A stretch of 64,000 bases of DNA from Verrucomicrobiota bacterium. GTDB taxonomy: Bacteria > Verrucomicrobiota > Verrucomicrobiia > Limisphaerales > UBA9464. The stretch spans positions 36-64,035 of the forward strand of contig JARXAF010000151.1 in assembly GCA_029865985.1 (NCBI GenBank), given 5' to 3'. The notes beneath the pieces are model-generated. The model worked only from the letters and a program-made list of their open reading frames with translations. It was not told the DNA's origin and ran no database searches. The first letter of the stretch is position 1, and each line of letters begins with the position of its first letter. This document shows positions 46,029 through 56,526 of the stretch, in pieces. The translations under genes were made by a program, and so were the position numbers.

Positions 46029-46213
46029 TGGATTCTCCCATGATCAAAACCCCGAAAGCCTTGAATCACAAGCCGCAACCCCAAATCGCCAAAAAAGCCC
46101 CGTGGGTTATCCCCATCGAGGCTTCTCTGAAGGTGCTGCATCTTCTGAGCTGGAAAGACCAGCTCAGCCAGAATGCGCGATCCCATTGAATCGTTCCGAC
46201 TGAGAGAGGAACC

Positions 46214-46711
46214 TCAGTTATTCATTCGGGCGAACACGATCACCCGCACCGGCTCGTCGGAACCGGCCAACTTGAACGAATTCATCGTTCCGAAGGTGAA
46301 CCCCTGCGAAGTGATGTGCATGTCACGACCACGAATGAACGTGGGGATCGTCAACTTCAGCACGATGTTCAATCGGTCCAGCCGGTTTTTCAGACCGCCG
46401 GCAACCATGTTGGTCAACTCACCCACGGCATCGCGCATCTCGGCATCGCCGAACTGCGAGGAACCCAGCATTCCGCCGACGACCTTCTGTGCCACCTGGG
46501 AACCGAACACCAAATGGACATTGGCCGTCAGGCCACCGGTCATCCCAACGACTGCCGCCACTCCATCAACGTCGAAAGATTCAGGAGCGGGCTCATTCGC
46601 AGACGACTCGATCTGACTTCCGGTCATCATCGACAAGACATCCCGGGTCACTGCGTCAACCATCGGTGCTATTTGGGGCGGTTCGTTGTTCATTTGTTGA
46701 GAAGGGTCCAT
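46214..46711 (-). CDS. cheX: chemotaxis phosphatase CheX-like protein
   Basis: 165 aa. VAAVVGMTGGLTANVHLVF...DAVGELTNMVAGGLKNRL. Confidence 0.75.
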   Translation of the reverse strand: MDPSQQMNNEPPQIAPMVDAVTRDVLSMMTGSQIESSANEPAPESFDVDGVAAVVGMTGGLTANVHLVFGSQVAQKVVGGMLGSSQFGDAEMRDAVGELTNMVAGGLKNRLDRLNIVLKLTIPTFIRGRDMHITSQGFTFGTMNSFKLAGSDEPVRVIVFARMNN

Positions 46712-46865
46712 TTATCGACCCCATTTTTCAAACCATATCGGGAGTAAAGCCGTAATCATTTAGCTAAATTAACCCTGGATTAGAAACAAAACAGCCACCC
46801 CACCCACTTCGAAATCGCATCGAAATCAGGAACAGGCTCTTTCAAGTCTCCGCCATGAACCAAAA

Positions 46866-46957
46866 ACAGCCTGTCCCTTGTGTCCTTTGTGCCTCGACAG
46901 CCTGTCCCTCGGTATTTCTTCGAGCCCATCCCCATGCCCGTGCACTGGGGACAGGCT
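46866..46957. repeat. cluster of the AGCCTGTCCC motif upstream of the BFN nuclease gene
   Basis: ACAGCCTGTCCCT at 46866-46878 and 46897-46909. An inverted copy GGGACAGGCT at 46948-46957. A partial copy TCCTGTCCCC at 47018-47027, just before ATG 47029. Confidence 0.8.
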
Positions 46958-47028
46958 CTCCAAACTCGGCAAGTCCCCTATGGGACGCTGGCTTGCGTTG
47001 GCAGGTCCGCCGTTCCTATCCTGTCCCC

Positions 47029-47508
47029 ATGGCGAATGACGTCATCCCGGTGAAGGTTCGTGGCATCCTGCCCGCAAACAGCGGCTGTGCCTTGTTCATC
47101 GGTAACGATGAAAAGGTGTTCGTCATCCAGGTCGAACAAAACATGGGCTTGGTGATCGGGATGGCCATTCGAGGCACCCCAAAGGATCGCCCCCTCACTC
47201 ACGACTTGATGGGGTTGGTGTTCCAAGGGTTTGGCATCGAATTGGAGCGGGTCGTGATCACGGCTCTCAAGAATTCCACTTTTTTTGCCCGGCTCATCTT
47301 GCGCCAGCAAAACGAGTTGGGGACCAAACTTGTGGAAATAGACGCCCGCCCAAGTGATTGCCTGGCACTGGCCAGCGCCCTCAAACGCCCCATTTTTGTC
47401 ACGCGCAGCCTTTTCCGAGAGGTGGAAGACATGAGCGAACACCTGGCCGGCGCCAATGATCAGGAAGAGGACAGTGCCGAAGGCGGAGACCTCGGTGAAC
47501 AGGCTTGA
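47029..47508 (+). CDS. bifunctional nuclease (BFN/DUF151) family protein
   Basis: ATG at 47029 (MANDVIPVKVRGI). PLTHDLM and VEIDARPSDCLALA. Confidence 0.85.
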   Translation: MANDVIPVKVRGILPANSGCALFIGNDEKVFVIQVEQNMGLVIGMAIRGTPKDRPLTHDLMGLVFQGFGIELERVVITALKNSTFFARLILRQQNELGTKLVEIDARPSDCLALASALKRPIFVTRSLFREVEDMSEHLAGANDQEEDSAEGGDLGEQA

Positions 47509-48674
47509 TGGCAGCACGATCCACTCCATCACCGACTCCCGGGCCCACCACTCCGGCACCGATGGTCTTGGTTTGTGGGGACGATGATTTTTCGGTCAAA
47601 CAGCGGGCTAGGGCCCTTTATGAGCAATGGTGCGCCGAACTAGGCGGGATGGACCACGAAGTCGTGGATGCCACCGCCAGCAATGCTGGCGACGCTCAAC
47701 AGAAGATCGCCAAACTCCACGCAGCCCTGAACACCCTGCCCTTTTTCGGCGGAGCCAAGGTGGTGTGGTTTCAGAACTGCAATTTTCTGGGGGAAGATCG
47801 CACGGCCAGTTCCGCATCCGTGACATCGGCACTCGGCGAGTTGGCCGAGACCCTCAAGTCCTTCCGATGGGACGGTGTCCGTCTGCTGGTCTCGGCCGGC
47901 AAGCCCGATAAACGCCGTTCCCTCATCAAAACCTTCGAGAAACAAGGAACTCTGGAAGTCTTTGAAGCGCTCTCCCAAGACGACAAGGACTGGGCCGGCA
48001 AGGCCGAATCGGAAGCCATTCGGATTTTGCGCGAATCGGGCAAGGAAACCGACGACGAGGCCTTGGCCGAATTGGTCAATCGAGTGGGTCCCAACTTACG
48101 GATGCTGGCTTCGGAGTGCGAGAAACTCGCCCTCTACACCGGCTCCCGAAACACCATCACCTTGGGCGATGTGCAATTGTGCGTCTCCCGGCAGAAACTG
48201 GCCCGGGCCTTCGCTCTGGCCGAAGCGCTCGGCGACCGGAATCTGGCCAAATTGCTCCGCACGCTGGATGAAGAGCTCTGGGAAATCCGGGTGGGCACCG
48301 ACAAACGCAAGTCCGAGATCGGACTGCTGTATGGACTGATCACCAAGGTTCGCTCCCTATTGATGCTCAAGGAGCTTCTGGCCAACGGATCGCTGAAACC
48401 GGCCCGCGATTACAATTCCTTCAAGTCCCAACTGGACCGGATACCACCTTCTTCAATGCCGGCCGACCGTCGCTTTAACCCGCTGGCTTCCCACCCCTTC
48501 GTCCTTTTTCAAGCTATGAAACAGGCCGCCAATTACCGGACTGAAGAATTGGTTGAGGCCATGGAGGTCTTGTTGGACGCCAACAGAAAACTGGTCAGTG
48601 CCGATCTCGACGAAGCGTTGGTCCTCCAGCAGGCAGCCTTTCGCATCGTGGGTATTCGTCGCAAGGCGGCTTGA
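47508..48674 (+). CDS. holA: DNA polymerase III delta subunit
   Basis: ATG at 47508 overlaps the BFN stop (TGATG), and an internal ATG at 47562 (MVLVCGDDDF) is possible. The pattern VLVCGDDDFSVKQRA...LNTLPFFGGAKVVWFQNCNFL is typical of HolA N-termini. Confidence 0.7.
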   Translation: MAARSTPSPTPGPTTPAPMVLVCGDDDFSVKQRARALYEQWCAELGGMDHEVVDATASNAGDAQQKIAKLHAALNTLPFFGGAKVVWFQNCNFLGEDRTASSASVTSALGELAETLKSFRWDGVRLLVSAGKPDKRRSLIKTFEKQGTLEVFEALSQDDKDWAGKAESEAIRILRESGKETDDEALAELVNRVGPNLRMLASECEKLALYTGSRNTITLGDVQLCVSRQKLARAFALAEALGDRNLAKLLRTLDEELWEIRVGTDKRKSEIGLLYGLITKVRSLLMLKELLANGSLKPARDYNSFKSQLDRIPPSSMPADRRFNPLASHPFVLFQAMKQAANYRTEELVEAMEVLLDANRKLVSADLDEALVLQQAAFRIVGIRRKAA

Positions 48675-48794
48675 TTTACCCCAAATAGTGAGGCCCGCAG
48701 ATTTTAGGTCGCGGAAATCCAATGTTGTGGAAACCTGAAGTCCTTCAGCGGTCGCTCTGAATAGCGAACGCCCATAAAAGTCTCTCTAAAAACC

Positions 48795-49460
48795 ATGGAA
48801 ATTCAGAAATCGATTTCAATCGCAGCGCTGGCATCCGCCCTTCTGACCCCCAGCCTCTCGGCAGGCACCAACGGCTTCTATGCCCCGTATTTCCGCGGCG
48901 TGGCCGGCACCGAAGTCGCGGGATGGGAGCGTTTCACCTCCGGCTACAACGTCGCCAACCAACCCGACATGAGCGGGTCCAACACGGGAACCCGGGCCAC
49001 ACTCACCCAACTGGATCCGGTGGGTGCCGTGCTCGGCAGCGGCAACATCTATGTCGGTGTCGGCGGCGCGGGCAATTTCAGCCTCCGCTACACCGGCTTG
49101 GAACCCATCGCCCAGATTTCCTTCCAGGTTCGGACGCTCGGGACTGAAATGGACTATTCCGGCCTCCGACTCAACTACCTCTCGGCAGATCAACCGTTTT
49201 CCATCGGCGGCACTCCCACCACGTTGGCGATCACTCCGTCTCAGGGTTTCCCCGGCAACAATATCTCGTTGGCCTACACCTGGCACCTCACCGATCCCGG
49301 AGTGAAAGACTTCACCCTCAACTTCAAGGCCACCGGAGAGCATCTGAGCTTGGATGCCATCACACTCGATGTGATGCCTTCGACGGTTCCTGAACCCGGA
49401 ACCTGGGCTTTGGCCGGGCTCGGTTTGGCCGCTTGGGCCATGGTTGCCCGCCGGCGCTGA
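48795..49460 (+). CDS. PEP-CTERM sorting-domain protein
   Basis: Signal peptide plus C-terminal VPEPGTWALAGLGLAAWAMVARRR. Confidence 0.85.
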   Translation: MEIQKSISIAALASALLTPSLSAGTNGFYAPYFRGVAGTEVAGWERFTSGYNVANQPDMSGSNTGTRATLTQLDPVGAVLGSGNIYVGVGGAGNFSLRYTGLEPIAQISFQVRTLGTEMDYSGLRLNYLSADQPFSIGGTPTTLAITPSQGFPGNNISLAYTWHLTDPGVKDFTLNFKATGEHLSLDAITLDVMPSTVPEPGTWALAGLGLAAWAMVARRR

Positions 49461-49509
49461 TTCCTCGGCCCACGGTCCATCGAAGCCTTCATCCTAAAAA
49501 GATTAGCCC

Positions 49510-49541
49510 AATCCCCGCACCTCGGTGTCGGGGATTTTTTG
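49510..49541 (+). terminator. Rho-independent terminator
   Basis: AATCCCCG (49510-49517) pairs with CGGGGATT (49529-36), followed by a T-run through 49540. Lies 50 nt after the PEP-CTERM gene stop. Confidence 0.7.
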
Positions 49542-49599
49542 TATTACCTGTCAGCGGTCGCTTGCTTCAAGCGACGACCCTCATACCTTCTGGTGCTTT

Positions 49600-52500
49600 A
49601 TGCCTGTCCCGTCCGCCACCCTGCGCCGTCGTCTGGCCGCCATCACTCTGGGAGTCGCCACCACTGCGATTCCTGCCCTTGCCCAACACAAGTTGGGCCC
49701 ACAACAAACCTCCTTCAAAGCACCGGCCATCGCCGCTGCATCCGACGAGGCCGAGCGAGCCATCAAACGCTTCACCTATCCTGCGGGATGGAAGGCTGAA
49801 CTCTGGGCCGCCGAACCCGATGTCGCCCACGGTGTCGCGTTTGACGTCGCCGACGATGGCCGGGTCTTCGTCGCGGAAAGTTTCCGAGCCTGGAGGGGCG
49901 TTCCGGACATCCGGGGCATCATGGACTGGCTCGACGAAGACTTGGCCTGCAAATCAGTGGACGACCGTTTGGCGATGATGCGTCGGCACCTGAAGCCCGA
50001 CCAGATGGCCGGCTACTACACGAACACCGAACGAATCCGCCTGCTGCGCGATACCCGGGGCGCTGGCAAGGCCACGGTGTCCACAGTGTTCGCCGAAAAT
50101 TTTGCCACTCCGCTCGACGGCGTCGCCGCCGGTGTGCTGGCCCGCGGCCAGGATGTGTTCTTCGCCAACATCCCGAACGTCTGGCGCCTGCGCGACGCCG
50201 ACGGGGATGGCGTCGCCGACGAACGTCGCAGCATCAGTTATGGCCACGGAATCCGAGTCGGCTTCCTGGGCCACGATCTCCATGGCCTGGTCTTCGGACC
50301 GGACGGTCGACTTTACTTCTCGATCGGTGACCGCGCCTCGATGATCCAGACGGAAGGACACACGGTCGGAACTCCGGACAGTGGGGCTGTCTTCCGTTGC
50401 GAGCCCGATGGATCTCACCTCGAAATGGTCTATCAGGGACTCCGCAATCCGCAGGATCTGGTCTTTGATGCCTGGGGCAACTTGTTCACCGGCGACAACA
50501 ACTCCGACGGCGGCGACCAAGCCCGTTGGACCTGGTTGGTCGAAGGGGGCGACAGCGGTTGGCGCATCGGTTGGCAATTCCTCGAAGGTCGCAGCGCACC
50601 CAACCCGCGCGGCCCATGGAATTCGGAGAAAATGTGGCATCCCCAAAACAATGCCCAACCGGCCTACCTGACCCCTCCGATCAAGAACATCTCCTCCGGC
50701 CCCAGCGGCGTGAGCCACTACGAGGGCACCGGCAGCGGTCCCGAATGGAACGACACCTTCACCTTGTGCGATTTCCGGGGCAGCTCAAGCGGCTCCGGTT
50801 TGTGGAAGTTCAAGCACAAGGCCAAGGGCGCAGGCTTCGAGATCGTGGATGACCAGAAGTTCATCTGGTCGGTCAACGCCACCGACGGCCATTGGGGGCC
50901 GGATGGTTCCTTCTGGGTGCTCGACTGGTTCGACGGTTGGGAACCCGTGGGCAAGGGACGGATTTATCGTTTCTCGGATCCCCGCCATTCACAGTCGGAG
51001 CTCGTGCGCGAAACCAAGGCCATTCTGGCCGAAGGCTTCGCCAAGCGATCGGTCGGTGATTTGTCCAAGTGGCTCAACCACGCCAACTATCGGGTGCGCC
51101 TCGGAGCCCAGTTTGAATTGGCGGCCCGTCAGGACGACAAGGCGCTCCTCAAGGCAGCGCTTTCTGCCAAGACACTCCACGCCCGCATCCATGGCATTTG
51201 GGGCGTTGGACAAGTGGCCCGCGCCCAGCGCAATACCGCGGTTTCAGGAGCACGGGTCGACTCTCTGGAGCGGCTGATCCCTCTCTTGGCCGACACCGAT
51301 GCGAAGGTCCGCGCCGTGGCCGCCACCGTTCTGGGTGATGCCCGCTATGGTCGTTCCTACGAGGCCCTGATCCGCCTGACCCGCGACAGCGATCCGCACA
51401 CCCGCGCGCTGGGCACGATCGCCTTGGGCAAACTGGGCCGTCGGGAATCCATCCCGGCTGTCTTTGATCTACTGGCCGACAACGCCGACAAAGATCCTTA
51501 CCTGCGACATGCCGCGGTGACGGCCTTGCTGGGAGCCAATGACATCGACGCCCTGGTCAACCACGTGCGCCATGCCAATGCCTCGGTTCGGATGGGCATC
51601 CTGCTGGCGATGCGGAAACTCGAGCGCAACGAAATCGCTGCCTTCCTCGCGGATGCGTCCCCGGCGATCGTCACCGAGGCAGCACGAGCCATCAACGACC
51701 AGCCCATCCCTGGCGCCATGGAAGCCATGGCCCGCTTGATCGAGCGACCGGGGCTGACAGAGGCCCCGCTCCTGCGCCGGGTGCTCAACGCCAACTACCG
51801 CTTCGGCACCGAGGCCACCGCTCGGGCGCTCGCCGCCTACAGCACACGTGAAGACGCGCCCGTGAACTTCCGTGTAGAAGCCATCGACGCCCTCACTGAG
51901 TGGCCCGCCAATTCCGGTCGGGACCGCATCACTGGACTTTGGCGTCCCACCGCCTTCGCCCGTTCCGAGAAGGTGCCCGGCGAAGCATTGAAGCCACTTG
52001 CCAACGGGCTCTTGGCTGCAGCGCCGGCCCCGGTCCGGGCCGCAACAGCCCGAGCAGCCGGAACACTCAAACTCACTGAAGCCTCCCCGGCCCTGGCAGC
52101 ATTGATCATCCAGGGTGCCGCCGACGGCGCCGCGCGCTCCGACGCCCTGCGTTCCTTGTCGCTCTTGAAAACCCCCGAATACGCTGCCGCGCTGGCCGCC
52201 GCCCGTGACGACAAGGATGAGAAGGTCCGCAGTTTGGCCACTCAACTGGCCGTCGAAGTGCCGCCCATCGCTGCTCGCAATGGTGGATCCGGTAGCAACT
52301 CCGGTGGCGGTGGATCGACTGGCCCACTGGAGAAGGCCCTGGCCAGCGGATCCCTGACGGAAAAGCAATCGGCACTATCCACGTTGGCATCGGTCAAAGG
52401 TGCTGACGCCGACGCGCTGCTGAAGCACTGGCTGGACGGAGTCCTCGCCGGCACCGTCGCCGCAGAATTGGAACTGGATGTCTTGGAGGCCGCCGGCCAG

Positions 52501-53007
52501 CGCGAGTCGCTCAAGCCGTTGCTCACCCAATACAAGAGCCGCTTGGATGCCAAGGATCCCTCCGCGGCCTGGAAGGCCTGCTTGGTCGGTGGCAATGCAG
52601 AAGCAGGGAAGAAGGTCTTCGCCGAACGGGCCGAAGTCAGCTGCGTCCGCTGCCACAAGGTTCAAGGCGAAGGCGGCGAAGTCGGCCCGGAACTCACGGG
52701 CTTGGGCAAGAAAAACGGTCGTTCCTACTTGCTCACGAGCATCCTCTATCCCAACGCAGCCATTGCCGTAGGCTTCGAAAACGTCTTGGTCAACCTCAAG
52801 GGCGGACAAAGCTACGCCGGAGTCATCAAGTCAGAGTCGGCGACCGAGCTGGTGATCAATTCGGCTGAAGACGGCCTGATCACCGTCAAGAAGTCGGAAA
52901 TCACCAGTCGCGAGAAGGGGCTTTCCGGCATGCCTGAAGGATTCGGTGACCTGCTCTCCAAACAGGACATCCGCAACCTCATCGAATACCTCGCCACCGC
53001 AGAATAA
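49600..53007 (+). CDS. giant PVC-type 'membrane-bound dehydrogenase domain' / HEAT-repeat / C-terminal heme-binding (CxxCH) protein
   Basis: ATG at 49600 (MPVPSATLRRRLAAITLGVA). N-terminal FTYPAGWKAELWAAEPDVAHGVAFDVADDGRVFVAE. HEAT-like repeats (DAKVRAVAATVLG, DPHTRALGTIALG). C-terminal GNAEAGKKVFAERAEVSCVRCHKV. Confidence 0.85.
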   Translation: MPVPSATLRRRLAAITLGVATTAIPALAQHKLGPQQTSFKAPAIAAASDEAERAIKRFTYPAGWKAELWAAEPDVAHGVAFDVADDGRVFVAESFRAWRGVPDIRGIMDWLDEDLACKSVDDRLAMMRRHLKPDQMAGYYTNTERIRLLRDTRGAGKATVSTVFAENFATPLDGVAAGVLARGQDVFFANIPNVWRLRDADGDGVADERRSISYGHGIRVGFLGHDLHGLVFGPDGRLYFSIGDRASMIQTEGHTVGTPDSGAVFRCEPDGSHLEMVYQGLRNPQDLVFDAWGNLFTGDNNSDGGDQARWTWLVEGGDSGWRIGWQFLEGRSAPNPRGPWNSEKMWHPQNNAQPAYLTPPIKNISSGPSGVSHYEGTGSGPEWNDTFTLCDFRGSSSGSGLWKFKHKAKGAGFEIVDDQKFIWSVNATDGHWGPDGSFWVLDWFDGWEPVGKGRIYRFSDPRHSQSELVRETKAILAEGFAKRSVGDLSKWLNHANYRVRLGAQFELAARQDDKALLKAALSAKTLHARIHGIWGVGQVARAQRNTAVSGARVDSLERLIPLLADTDAKVRAVAATVLGDARYGRSYEALIRLTRDSDPHTRALGTIALGKLGRRESIPAVFDLLADNADKDPYLRHAAVTALLGANDIDALVNHVRHANASVRMGILLAMRKLERNEIAAFLADASPAIVTEAARAINDQPIPGAMEAMARLIERPGLTEAPLLRRVLNANYRFGTEATARALAAYSTREDAPVNFRVEAIDALTEWPANSGRDRITGLWRPTAFARSEKVPGEALKPLANGLLAAAPAPVRAATARAAGTLKLTEASPALAALIIQGAADGAARSDALRSLSLLKTPEYAAALAAARDDKDEKVRSLATQLAVEVPPIAARNGGSGSNSGGGGSTGPLEKALASGSLTEKQSALSTLASVKGADADALLKHWLDGVLAGTVAAELELDVLEAAGQRESLKPLLTQYKSRLDAKDPSAAWKACLVGGNAEAGKKVFAERAEVSCVRCHKVQGEGGEVGPELTGLGKKNGRSYLLTSILYPNAAIAVGFENVLVNLKGGQSYAGVIKSESATELVINSAEDGLITVKKSEITSREKGLSGMPEGFGDLLSKQDIRNLIEYLATAE

Positions 53008-53062
53008 CCGGTACAGGCTCCGCCCGCTGAAAGTCCGATCGGCGGGCGGAGCCCATCCCTTC

Positions 53063-53971
53063 ATGCTGCCCAACGATTACATCCAACAGCTCCGATCCGT
53101 GGAGGTTCGAGCTCGTTTGGTCAGCGAGCAGCTCATGGGGGGACGTCTGGGGAGTGTCTTCAAAGGCCGCGGCATGGATTTTGCCGACGTACGCGAATAC
53201 GTGCCGGGCGACGACGTCCGACGGATCGATTGGAATGTCACCGCGCGCCTGCGCAAGCCCTTCATCAAGCGCCACGTCGAGGAGCGCGAGTTGGTGGTCA
53301 TGCTATTGGTCGACATATCGGCCAGCGGCGATTTCGGATCCGAACCAAACCCATCAGCCGGCGTGACCTCGCAACGGGAGATGGCCGCCATCCTGGCGGG
53401 CTCCTTGGCCTTCAGCGCCGTACGGGATGGAGACCGGGTGGGAGCCATCCTCTTCTCGGATCGGGTCGAGCGCTACATTCCGCCTCGCAAGACTCGGGCC
53501 CACGTGACCCGCCTGCTGCACGAGTTGCTCTTCACCACTCCGAAGCATTCGGGAACTTCGATCAGCGCCGGTTTGCGGTTCCTCAACAACCTGTTTCGCC
53601 GACCGACCTTGAGTTTCGTAGTGTCGGATTTCCATGATCCCGACACCGATGGTTGGACTCGGGCGATCAAGGCCTCCAATCAGCGCCACGAAATGATGGC
53701 CTTGCGGATGAGCGACCGCCGAGAACTCGAGCTTCCTGATGTCGGCTGGGTGCTGCTGCAAGACCCAGAAACCGGCGAAGTGCTCGAAGTCGACACGGGC
53801 GATCCCCTCGTCCGAGACGGTTGGCGTGAGTCGGGACAAGCCCGACGAGACCAACTCCTCGCCACCTTCCGCTCCGGTCGCATTCCGGAACTGGAAGTCC
53901 GCACCGACCAACCCTGGACCCAACGCTTGCAAGGGTTCCTCGACCACGCTGCGCGACGACGCATCGCATGA
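53063..53971 (+). CDS. DUF58 domain protein (Bat/MoxR-operon type)
   Basis: ATG at 53063. GMDFADVREYVPGDDVRRIDWNVTARL. Confidence 0.85.
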   Translation: MLPNDYIQQLRSVEVRARLVSEQLMGGRLGSVFKGRGMDFADVREYVPGDDVRRIDWNVTARLRKPFIKRHVEERELVVMLLVDISASGDFGSEPNPSAGVTSQREMAAILAGSLAFSAVRDGDRVGAILFSDRVERYIPPRKTRAHVTRLLHELLFTTPKHSGTSISAGLRFLNNLFRRPTLSFVVSDFHDPDTDGWTRAIKASNQRHEMMALRMSDRRELELPDVGWVLLQDPETGEVLEVDTGDPLVRDGWRESGQARRDQLLATFRSGRIPELEVRTDQPWTQRLQGFLDHAARRRIA

Positions 53972-53990
53972 GCCTCTTACGGATTCACCC

Positions 53991-54524
53991 ATGAAACCCG
54001 ATCGGCTCATCGAGGACCTCACGCTCGTTCCCCTGCCTCAGTGGTGGGAGAGTCCTTGGTTTCTCCTGAGCTTGCCGGTCGTGATCGGGATTCTGGCCTA
54101 CTGGCTCCGCCATGGGTGGCTCAAACGCCAACCGGCGGCATCGGCTCGTATCGTCCCGGAAGGCCCGGCTGCCCACGAATCGTTCCTCCAGCGTCTGGCC
54201 GCATTGCGGGCCGATCGTTCCCGCTGGGTCGCCTATCCCTTCGGAATCGAAGTCAGCGACATCCTGCGCGGTTATCTCGAAGCCCGCTACGCCTTCTCGG
54301 TTCAGTTTCAAACGTCACGCGAGTTTCTCGAATCGGCAGTCCATGACGCCCGATTCAACCCGATCCATCGGGCGACCCTCACGGGTTTTCTCGGTCAATG
54401 CGACTTGCTCAAATTCGCACAAGGCAAAGCCACTGAAGCCGAACTGACCGCACTCATCGACACGGCCGAGCGGTTCATTCGGGAATGTGCCGGACTTCCG
54501 AGCTCTGAAGGAGGTCCACCTTGA
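53991..54524 (+). CDS. small membrane protein (DUF4381-like position in the Bat operon)
   Basis: ATG at 53991. One TM segment (WFLLSLPVVIGILAYWL). Its stop overlaps the next start (TTGA at 54521-54524). Confidence 0.5.
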   Translation: MKPDRLIEDLTLVPLPQWWESPWFLLSLPVVIGILAYWLRHGWLKRQPAASARIVPEGPAAHESFLQRLAALRADRSRWVAYPFGIEVSDILRGYLEARYAFSVQFQTSREFLESAVHDARFNPIHRATLTGFLGQCDLLKFAQGKATEAELTALIDTAERFIRECAGLPSSEGGPP

Positions 54525-55474
54525 AGGATCTTCTGGCCATCGAGTTCCTCTACCGTTGGGTCTTACTGGGCCTGCTGGTGCTGCCGGTGCTTGCATGGTT
54601 CCATCGCAAACCCAGAGCCGTGCCCTCACTCGTTGTGCCGTCGCTTTTCGGCCGGAGCCATCTGGGTCATATCCCGGCTCGTCAGCGGGCGATGACCCAC
54701 GCGCTGTGGACTCTCATCCCGCTGGCGCTGCTCATCGTCGGACTGGCCCGCCCCCGCATGCCGCGGGGTGATTTGCCCGATCCCAGTAAGGGCATCGACA
54801 TCATGCTCGCCCTCGACTTCAGCCGCTCGATGGCCGAGACCGATTTCCGGCTAGAGCGCAAGCGGGTCACCCGCCGTGCAGCCCTGGAATATGTCACCGA
54901 GAAATTCATCCTGGGCCGACCCAATGACCGGATTGGCATCGTTTGTTTCGCGCGAAACCCCTTTTTGGTCAGCCCATTGACCTTGGATCACCGCTGGGCC
55001 ATCGAATCCATGCATCAAACCGATTTGGCCACCGGAACCGGCATCGGTTGGGCAGTGATGGCCGCTGGAAACTTCCTACGCAAAGACAGCGATCGCAGCA
55101 AGGTGGTCATCCTGGTGACCGATGGTGACAATTCGTCCGGCCCTCGCGCCTCGGAGATCATCGGGCAACTGGCCCGCGACAAGGTCAAACTCTACTCCGT
55201 CCTGATCGGACCTGAGATGGTGGTTCCTTCCGTCGCCGCCAATCACGACCTCAACCGTGCCGCCCGAATCACTGGCGGACAATTCTTCCAAGCCAACGAC
55301 ACGCGGGCCCTGCAAGGCATCTACAACCTCATTGACCAATTGGAAAAGCGGGACTTGATCCAGAAGCGTTTCGTGTTGTGGCAGGAACTCTTCGCCTGGC
55401 CTGTGGCCATCGGATCGCTGCTCTGGCTGGGTGGATGGATCTGGAAATCGCTCCTGCGGAGGCAACTGCCATGA
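54521..55474 (+). CDS. VWA-domain membrane protein, BatA-like
   Basis: TTG start. N-terminal TM segments. MIDAS DFSRSM, and VVILVTDGDNSSG. Confidence 0.85.
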   Translation: MKDLLAIEFLYRWVLLGLLVLPVLAWFHRKPRAVPSLVVPSLFGRSHLGHIPARQRAMTHALWTLIPLALLIVGLARPRMPRGDLPDPSKGIDIMLALDFSRSMAETDFRLERKRVTRRAALEYVTEKFILGRPNDRIGIVCFARNPFLVSPLTLDHRWAIESMHQTDLATGTGIGWAVMAAGNFLRKDSDRSKVVILVTDGDNSSGPRASEIIGQLARDKVKLYSVLIGPEMVVPSVAANHDLNRAARITGGQFFQANDTRALQGIYNLIDQLEKRDLIQKRFVLWQELFAWPVAIGSLLWLGGWIWKSLLRRQLP

Positions 55475-56526
55475 GATTTGCCCACCCCGCCCTGCTGCTG
55501 CTCATTCCGGTCCTGATCGCACTGATCCTCGGAACCCGAATTCTCCAGGCACGGCGCGACCGGCGTCGGATCGCAGACTTCTCAGGTTCCACCGATCGGC
55601 CGTGGTCGGCTCCGGGTTGGGTGCCGTGGCGTCAACGGGTTGACTATGTGATGGTCATGGCTGTGGCCATCCTGCTGCCGTTGGCACTGGCCCGTCCCTT
55701 GGCCTTCCGCATGAACGAGCAGTCGGAACTGCGCGGCGTGCCCTACATGATCGCGCTCGATCTTTCCCGATCCATGCTGGCAACGGACGTCCGCCCCAAC
55801 CGTTGGTTTGCTGCCACCAACGCATTGTCCCGTTTTCTCGATTCCGGCCGAGCCGACCGGGTGGGGCTGATCACCTTCAGCGGAGTCGCCTACCTCAACG
55901 CTCCGCTTAGCTTCGATACCCGAGCCATCCAAGCGATGTTGCGCTATGCCTCGCCTTACACGGTGGAAATGGACGGTGAAACCGCAGGATCCAACCTGGG
56001 TTCGGCCATTGAGCGGGCAGGACGGTATTTCCAGACCAACAACATCCAACCCCGAGTCGTCATTCTAGTCACCGACGGCGAGGATTCGGGCGAGCAGTTG
56101 CTGGAATTTACCCGACGTTGGGCCCGACAGGGCGTCAAGGTTTGCGCCGTTGGAGTCGGGACTCGGGGTGGTTCCAAGGTTCCACGGATCCAATGGGGTG
56201 GCGTGGCCAAGAACAATTCCGGCCAGGAAGTTGTCTCCCGACTCAACGAAGCCAACCTCAAACGCATCACAGCATTGACCGGAGGCCGTTACGTCCCGCT
56301 GGGAGACCAAGGAGAAGGGTTCACCACCCTCCGCCAGGAATTTCTCGCCCCACTGGCCGAGAGCGCGGCTCGGGAAGACACCAAGAATTACATCGAGGCT
56401 TATCCGGTTCCGCTATCCTTGGCCATCGCCGCGCTGATCACCCAGGTCATCATCGGAGCCCGCCGCCACCAGCGTCCCCGCAGCCTCTCGGCCATTCGAA
56501 CCACACCGCCTCCTGTCGTCCCATGA
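55471..56526 (+). CDS. VWA-domain membrane protein, BatB-like
   Basis: ATG at 55471 overlaps the upstream stop (ATGA). MIDAS DLSRSM, and VVILVTDGEDSG. Confidence 0.85.
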   Translation: MRFAHPALLLLIPVLIALILGTRILQARRDRRRIADFSGSTDRPWSAPGWVPWRQRVDYVMVMAVAILLPLALARPLAFRMNEQSELRGVPYMIALDLSRSMLATDVRPNRWFAATNALSRFLDSGRADRVGLITFSGVAYLNAPLSFDTRAIQAMLRYASPYTVEMDGETAGSNLGSAIERAGRYFQTNNIQPRVVILVTDGEDSGEQLLEFTRRWARQGVKVCAVGVGTRGGSKVPRIQWGGVAKNNSGQEVVSRLNEANLKRITALTGGRYVPLGDQGEGFTTLRQEFLAPLAESAAREDTKNYIEAYPVPLSLAIAALITQVIIGARRHQRPRSLSAIRTTPPPVVP

